In this document: piece after piece, positions 58,965 through 64,000 of the stretch | How the letters are laid out: each line of letters begins with the position of its first letter | Numbering within the stretch: position 1 is the first letter of the stretch | IMG/VR virus record: IMGVR_UViG_3300013382_000004 | From: a virus | Taxonomy: Duplodnaviria; Caudoviricetes | Direction: 5' to 3' (one strand) | Length of the DNA: 64,000 bases | The notes under the pieces: generated by a model | The model's input: only the letters and a program-made list of their open reading frames with translations | What the model was told of the DNA's origin: nothing | Databases searched by the model: none | Made by a program: the position numbers and the translations under genes

Positions 58965-59403
58965 AAAGCATTACCTCATCATTGGTTGTCAAAAAGCCAG
59001 CTTCTACCCAACCTCTATTAATAGTATAAATCTTATGATTAGGAGTACAAATAATAGTTTTATCTTCGACTGTGATTTTAATTAATTCTCCATTATAATC
59101 ACGTTCATAAAGTTTAACGACAGGCTTCAATTCTTTAATATGATTTTCCAAATTATAAGAATCAACAATATCTCCGATATTCACTTCTTCAATCGGGACA
59201 TCGTTTCCATTAACTTTTACTTTTACTCCAGCAGGAAAACAGAAACTACAACCCTGTGCGCAATTATTAGTAATTTTATAGTCGCAACATTCTGGAAAAT
59301 CAGCCTTGAAAAAGCTTAAATCATTTTCACGAGTCTTGGTCCCATTGTCCAAGTCGATGGAAACCATATAATTACCGTTCTGATAAGTCTTAATATTACT
59401 CAT
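58957..59403 (-). CDS. radical SAM N-extein (54 aa) fused to split intein N-part (94 aa)
   Basis: KITNNCAQGCSF|CFPAG...IEEVNIGD.V...CTPNHKIYT..GWVEA..L...DEV then TAA. Confidence 0.85.
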   Translation of the reverse strand: MSNIKTYQNGNYMVSIDLDNGTKTRENDLSFFKADFPECCDYKITNNCAQGCSFCFPAGVKVKVNGNDVPIEEVNIGDIVDSYNLENHIKELKPVVKLYERDYNGELIKITVEDKTIICTPNHKIYTINRGWVEAGFLTTNDEVMLYN

Positions 59404-59660
59404 TAATCCATCACCACTTTCTTCATATCTTCTTCCTTTTCCCAAACTTCCTCAATTGCAGGATAAACAACAGAAGAAGTCATTTTGTGATTACACTTGG
59501 GACATACATACTCATAAAGAGGTGTAAAAATAGCACAAGCCATTTCACTCAGCTTCATTTCAACATCACAATCACTACAATAGATGCGATGAACCTTGCG
59601 ATACTTAAGATATTCTTTTGTTACACGTTCGCTATACAATTTAACTCCATTAGTGCTCAC
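59403..59660 (-). CDS. zinc-ribbon protein
   Basis: YCSDC...YVCPKC...YP. Confidence 0.7.
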   Translation of the reverse strand: MSTNGVKLYSERVTKEYLKYRKVHRIYCSDCDVEMKLSEMACAIFTPLYEYVCPKCNHKMTSSVVYPAIEEVWEKEEDMKKVVMD

Positions 59661-59680
59661 AGAGATTGTCCTCCATATTA

Positions 59681-60190
59681 TTAGTCATTTTTTATTTCTT
59701 TCTGATGCTTTTTGTAAACCTTGTTATTAACTACTTCAATATATCCAAAATCCCAAGGCGCTTCTCCTTGGTAATCAATAATTCCATTAGCAACATATCC
59801 ATTAGGGGCAAGAAAATTATCAATGAGATACTTCAACCAATCAACATAATTGTAAAATTTTTCTGCTTCATTCCAAACTAATTTGTTTTCATCATTAATA
59901 ATCCATTTACACCAAAGACCAGCTTGAGTGTAAGGAGGGTAGTTGTTGTCAATAACAGAATCATCAGATTCTTGCCCAGCAAATCCCAAACCGCCAATAA
60001 AATATTCTCCCTCTTCACCCAAATTTCCATTGTAACAAAGATTTTCCCAGTTTGGAAATACTTCTTTAATTTTTTCATTATCTCGCTTCATGCGGCGAGT
60101 ATAACTAAATTTGTTAATGTACTCTTTAAGTTCAGAAGAAATTGGCTTGTTAAAAGAAATTGCCCCGTTAAATTCAGTAGTATACCCCAT
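59681..60190 (-). CDS. hypothetical phage protein
   Basis: MGYTTEF.G...LWC.W...EKFY.Y..WL...NG.I.YQGE. Confidence 0.8.
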   Translation of the reverse strand: MGYTTEFNGAISFNKPISSELKEYINKFSYTRRMKRDNEKIKEVFPNWENLCYNGNLGEEGEYFIGGLGFAGQESDDSVIDNNYPPYTQAGLWCKWIINDENKLVWNEAEKFYNYVDWLKYLIDNFLAPNGYVANGIIDYQGEAPWDFGYIEVVNNKVYKKHQKEIKND

Positions 60191-60381
60191 AATTAGTTCT
60201 CCTTTTTAATGTTCAACACGGGGATTATCCTCTATATACTTCTTTACTCTGTCACCATCATAACGAGAGGGACAGGCATTACAAAGGTAAGAACCATAAT
60301 ATTCACAAGCATGAACCTCTTCCTGAGACTTGGGAGCAGACTCACAATTCAGGTGGTCGAATGCGCAATAAATCTTCATTT

Positions 60382-60744
60382 TTATTCGTTTCCTTTCTCT
60401 CGAACAATGTAAATGTTATTTCCTTTATTTTCAAGGATTTCGTAATCCTGTAAAAATTTGGTCGGAATATTTTCTTCAAATTTAACCATATATCTTTCTT
60501 CATAAACAGGATTAAATGCCATTTTAAACATTTTACCAGAGGCAAAAGTGAACAAAGAAACGGCTACAATACAAACAAGCGTTAGCCAGCCAAATTTTTC
60601 TTTTATACATAACACCAAAAAATAGAATAAAAGCAAAGCAAAAACAGCAAAAATAATTCCTGCACCAATCAATTCATCTAAATCAGCAGAAACTCTTACC
60701 ATTTCAGAAGTTAAAACTTCAACGCCATCAATCATTTTTGTCAA
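60382..60744 (-). CDS. two-TM membrane protein
   Basis: Paralogue of 60728-61114. Confidence 0.7.
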   Translation of the reverse strand: MTKMIDGVEVLTSEMVRVSADLDELIGAGIIFAVFALLLFYFLVLCIKEKFGWLTLVCIVAVSLFTFASGKMFKMAFNPVYEERYMVKFEENIPTKFLQDYEILENKGNNIYIVREKGNE

Positions 60745-61114
60745 CCCTTTCTTTTAACGTGTAGATTTTTCCTTCTCTGGAAATAATATAATTTTCTTCG
60801 AGTTTTTCGTAATCAGTTAATGAAAAATGGTCTGGGTCAGAGAATTTAACTTCATAAGAGATGATTTTAACTGGATGAGTCATTGCGTGCAAATTAATTC
60901 CCGAGATTACTCCAAGAATAATGGTCGCTACAAGAAGCAAATCAAATCCGTCCATGAGAACTTTAGTTTGAATCCAATCTACAATAAAAGTAATTATACA
61001 AATAATACAAAGAGCAGCGAGAAGACTAGTAATAACAAAAACAAAGAGGTCTCCACCTTTAGTAGTTACTATTGTATTGAGAATTTCAATGGCTGGATTA
61101 TTTTCAATCGACAT
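60728..61114 (-). CDS. two-TM membrane protein
   Basis: YEVKF...Y.I...EG.IY...E shared with neighbour. Confidence 0.7.
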   Translation of the reverse strand: MSIENNPAIEILNTIVTTKGGDLFVFVITSLLAALCIICIITFIVDWIQTKVLMDGFDLLLVATIILGVISGINLHAMTHPVKIISYEVKFSDPDHFSLTDYEKLEENYIISREGKIYTLKERVDKND

Positions 61115-61217
61115 TTTTACATCTCCTTTCGAGTAATCAAATTATACTCTACAAAAAGAAAAAAGTCAAGGAGTTAATAAAAAATAATCTCCTTGACCTA
61201 TTAAAATATTTTAATTG

Positions 61218-61661
61218 TTAGTTATAACCATAAGCACAAGTAATAACAAGTTTATCACCACTGGGAGAAGTATAATGAGAAGTCTTAGTTTCAAGGCCAT
61301 CACTATTACAGTCCTGCATAAACTCTTGATAAGTTAAACCAACTCCCTCATAGTCGAAAAGAGAATCCTTTTCTTGTCTACGTTGTTGGGAAATACGAGT
61401 ATAAGTATATTCTTCTTTTTCTGCGTCTGTAAGTTCAAACCAATCCTTATAATATTTACCTTTGCATCTATTATAGTATTCTTCTGCTTCTTTCCTGTCT
61501 TGCTTAGTAATTCTAATGGAGTTTTTAATAAAAGTTTCATTCCATTTATTAAAAAGCAGTTTCCCATCTTGCCAATCTTTATACTCGTCTTCGGTACAAA
61601 TAGCAAGGGTATGAGTAGAAGAAGAGTTGGTTTCAAATACATTTTTACGAATTTGTTTCAT
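61218..61661 (-). CDS. FETNSSS-motif protein 2
   Basis: MKQIRKNVFETNSSSTHTL; C-terminus unrelated to the other three. Confidence 0.8.
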   Translation of the reverse strand: MKQIRKNVFETNSSSTHTLAICTEDEYKDWQDGKLLFNKWNETFIKNSIRITKQDRKEAEEYYNRCKGKYYKDWFELTDAEKEEYTYTRISQQRRQEKDSLFDYEGVGLTYQEFMQDCNSDGLETKTSHYTSPSGDKLVITCAYGYN

Positions 61662-62094
61662 TTAATTTTACCTCCTCTAAAATTTTAGCTTCTACTAATT
61701 TATTCATTCGATTTTCATATTTGTCAACAATCATATCAAGGAAAGGAAAACTGTGTCCACTATCTTGTGCTCTAAAAAAAGCATTATATGGTTGACCAAA
61801 ATCATCGTCAATGACTTCAAGATTATCAAAATCATTCCAAGATTTAAGGTCATCAAGGTCAATCGCTACATCAAAGCTAAATTCATATGAAATTCTTTCT
61901 TTTTTGGAGTTAAAAAGACAAAAATGATAAGTCATCCAATAATGGTCAGACTTTTTAGATTCTCTCCAAAACCCTTCTTTAAAACCTGTATCAGTAAGAA
62001 GGACAATTTGTTCTGCTGTGGTTAAAGAAAGAAAATAATTAGATAATTCATAACGCTTCATCTTATGCTTTGTTTTCATGCGAAGATTCTGCAT
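61645..62094 (-). CDS. hypothetical protein
   Basis: Coupled ORF; exact start uncertain. Confidence 0.65.
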   Translation of the reverse strand: MQNLRMKTKHKMKRYELSNYFLSLTTAEQIVLLTDTGFKEGFWRESKKSDHYWMTYHFCLFNSKKERISYEFSFDVAIDLDDLKSWNDFDNLEVIDDDFGQPYNAFFRAQDSGHSFPFLDMIVDKYENRMNKLVEAKILEEVKLNETNS

Positions 62095-62710
62095 CTTTCT
62101 TCTCCTTCTCTGCTTCTAATCGAGCCAAATACTGTTCTTTCCATTTAGCCTCATATTCAACACGGCTATCATGGATAATTTTAGTAGTATTTACTAAACC
62201 AGAATCTTTAATATGAAGCCACGTATTATATTCATCGCCATCCACAACCACAATATATCTCTTATTGGTCAAAAACTCTTCAAGAGATACATTGTACTTT
62301 TTAAGCCAACCCTCGATTTCATAGTCATCAGTTCCCCCATAATTGGGAACAGGTTCATCTGCTTCTACATAATCTTTAACTTCTGAATTCCAAATATAAT
62401 CTTTGGTATCGAATTCAAAATCTGTGAATCCATCAATGTATTCCCTGCAAATTTTTCTACATTCATCTACAAGATTGCCATTAGAAGACGCAATAGCATA
62501 TCTCAATTTATCTTTGAAAGTTGCAAGTATATCAAAAGGTGAGCGGTAAAATTCAAGGGAGGATTCCCACAATCTCACTTTACCTTCTTTGGTAAGATAA
62601 AACTCATCGTTAATTTCTTCTCTTGTGTAATGTTCATTATCAGTAGTAATCACAAGAGAATGACTTGAGCTACTATTGGTTTCAAACACATTATGCCTAA
62701 TTTGTTTCAT
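62063..62710 (-). CDS. FETNSSS-motif protein 3
   Basis: MKQIRHNVFETNSSSSHSL. Confidence 0.8.
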   Translation of the reverse strand: MKQIRHNVFETNSSSSHSLVITTDNEHYTREEINDEFYLTKEGKVRLWESSLEFYRSPFDILATFKDKLRYAIASSNGNLVDECRKICREYIDGFTDFEFDTKDYIWNSEVKDYVEADEPVPNYGGTDDYEIEGWLKKYNVSLEEFLTNKRYIVVVDGDEYNTWLHIKDSGLVNTTKIIHDSRVEYEAKWKEQYLARLEAEKEKKDAESSHENKA

Positions 62711-62715
62711 AAAAA

Positions 62716-62769
62716 TACCTCTCCTTATTTTTCTACTGAAAGAATATCATAAGGAGAGGTAAATGTCAA
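62716..62769 (-). promoter_or_regulatory. sigmaA promoter with 13-bp spacer/SD inverted repeat
   Basis: tacctctccttat 62716-62728 / ataaggagaggta 62749-62761; TTGACA-17-TATTCT. Confidence 0.75.
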
Positions 62770-62796
62770 GCCTTTATTAAATTATTTTCCGTTTAA

Positions 62797-63000
62797 TTAC
62801 TGAAGAGAAATTTCCTCAATAATTTCAAACTGGCTTAAATCATTTGCGTCAAACTTCTTATCCTGTTCACAATACATAATGCCTACAAGACCAAGAGCAC
62901 CAAACTGATTAGGAAGAGGCATAATCTGATATACACGATAGGTCTTACCATCAAGCGCATTCTTCTTCTTACATTTAAACATATAACTATTATTAGCCAT
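62797..63000 (-). CDS. hypothetical protein
   Basis: ORF with SD AAGGAG. Confidence 0.7.
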   Translation of the reverse strand: MANNSYMFKCKKKNALDGKTYRVYQIMPLPNQFGALGLVGIMYCEQDKKFDANDLSQFEIIEEISLQ

Positions 63001-63050
63001 TTATAATACTCCTTAAAATTTCACTTTTATTCTATCTTGTTTTATTTTTG

Positions 63051-63599
63051 TTAGTGATTATCGTTGTCGATAATCAAACTATAACCTTTATTAAAAATAT
63101 AATCTTCTAAAGTAATTCTGTCTCTTGTAAAAATATAATACATTCCATCAGAAACATAATAATCAAGACTTTGATGGTCTACATAACCATCTTCATCAGG
63201 ACTAATTTTGATTCCTATAATGTGAATGTCATGTTTAGAAAGAGCATACTTTACATCATCTTCGAACTTTTGGAAATCATCAGATTCCATAACTTCTTTA
63301 ATAGCTTCTTCTTTATCTTCTCTGCTGCTCCAATTAACATTGTAACCTTGAAAACAAGTTATAGCAGTTAAGATATATTCAAGTTTAGCTACTGCGCTAT
63401 TTTCGTCTAAGTTAGATTCCCAACCCCAGCCAAAGGCTTCAAAATTTAATTTTAGATATTTACCGTAACCATTGTGACCATAATCTTCTTCAATATAATC
63501 ATCTAATTGAGTATAATCATAATTATCTTTATTGCTAATACTCAATGAATGAACACTTGAAGAATTAGTCTCAAAAACATTTTTTCTTGTTTGTTTCAT
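63051..63599 (-). CDS. FETNSSS-motif protein 4
   Basis: MKQTRKNVFETNSSSVHSL; FGW, GYVDHQS, IIDNDN. Confidence 0.8.
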   Translation of the reverse strand: MKQTRKNVFETNSSSVHSLSISNKDNYDYTQLDDYIEEDYGHNGYGKYLKLNFEAFGWGWESNLDENSAVAKLEYILTAITCFQGYNVNWSSREDKEEAIKEVMESDDFQKFEDDVKYALSKHDIHIIGIKISPDEDGYVDHQSLDYYVSDGMYYIFTRDRITLEDYIFNKGYSLIIDNDNH

Positions 63600-63600
63600 A

Positions 63601-63816
63601 TTAATACCTTACCCGACGTAATTGGTCAAAAATTTCAATCCGCTTATCAAAACCTAAAGACCATAACACATCTTCCATTAAACTATCCATTGCTCTATGT
63701 CCCCAGCCATTTAAAAGAGCCGCATCACCTTGACATAAATCTACAATCTCTTGCGCTCTTTCGGCAAATTCTTCTGGCGTAAAAGGGACAACTGTTTTAC
63801 TTTCTAATACTTCCAA
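63601..63816 (-). CDS. hypothetical protein
   Basis: TTG start after GGAG; H..MD.LM...L.SLG. Confidence 0.6.
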   Translation of the reverse strand: MEVLESKTVVPFTPEEFAERAQEIVDLCQGDAALLNGWGHRAMDSLMEDVLWSLGFDKRIEIFDQLRRVRY

Positions 63817-63845
63817 TCATCGAAGTCTCCAATCTTGGCTAACTT

Positions 63846-64000
63846 TTAGCCAGCATCATAAATCCTCTCAGGGATTTTGCTATTATCCTTCTCAGGAACA
63901 TAGCCATCATTTCTATTAAATTGTATATCATGTTCAAACTGCGGCCTAAAATCTCCATCACCATCACTGTAGAAACCAATCAAAGTGGAATGCCCAATCT
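63846..64000 (-). CDS. partial hypothetical protein (3' end)
   Basis: Open frame ...FYSDGDGDFRP...YDAG to TAA 63846. Confidence 0.6.
   Translation of the reverse strand, partial: IGHSTLIGFYSDGDGDFRPQFEHDIQFNRNDGYVPEKDNSKIPERIYDAG

Noticed and set aside
57080-59403. A single contiguous intein with an internal endonuclease
   Set aside because: IntN ends in TAA, the three parts are in three frames, and IntC has its own SD and ATG; a contiguous reading would need several errors
1-64000. Suppressor tRNA, release factor, reverse transcriptase (DGR/retron) or integrase
   Set aside because: No recognisable cloverleaf or protein motifs seen by eye; they may lie outside the window

Overview
This is a low-GC, gene-dense segment of a large phage, probably infecting a Firmicute (Clostridia-like). 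The host inference rests on sigmaA-type TTGACA-17-TATAAT promoters, AGAAAGGA(G) Shine-Dalgarno (SD) sites and the gene content; I recognised no capsid, tail, polymerase, tRNA or CRISPR sequences. Genes run on + from 1 to 21.9 kb (early/host-takeover-like: ParB-like, two PcfJ-like, DUF932, SprT, methyltransferase, HNH-AP2, Gp88-like). They run on - from 22.4 to 64 kb (cell-wall hydrolase, putative replication locus, rhomboid, BI-1, YkuK, DUF2828/vWA, radical SAM cluster). The ORF track misses five main things. (1) TAG is read as a sense codon, most likely Gln, in a selected subset of genes; this restores a 462-aa gene (8 TAGs), a 328-aa HNH gene (9 TAGs) and several others. (2) A radical SAM gene is fractured by a naturally split intein inside its CxxxCxxC motif, with the TAG-rich HNH gene between the halves. 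(3) Four neighbouring proteins share an N-terminal MKQxRxNVFETNSSSxH motif. (4) Four repeated modules each combine covarying kissing-loop hairpins, an ATG-TAG micro-ORF and a convergent antisense promoter. (5) There is a ~630-nt highly structured ncRNA candidate, plus repeated promoter-spacer/anti-SD hairpin cassettes. All product calls come from motif recognition by eye; no database search was run.
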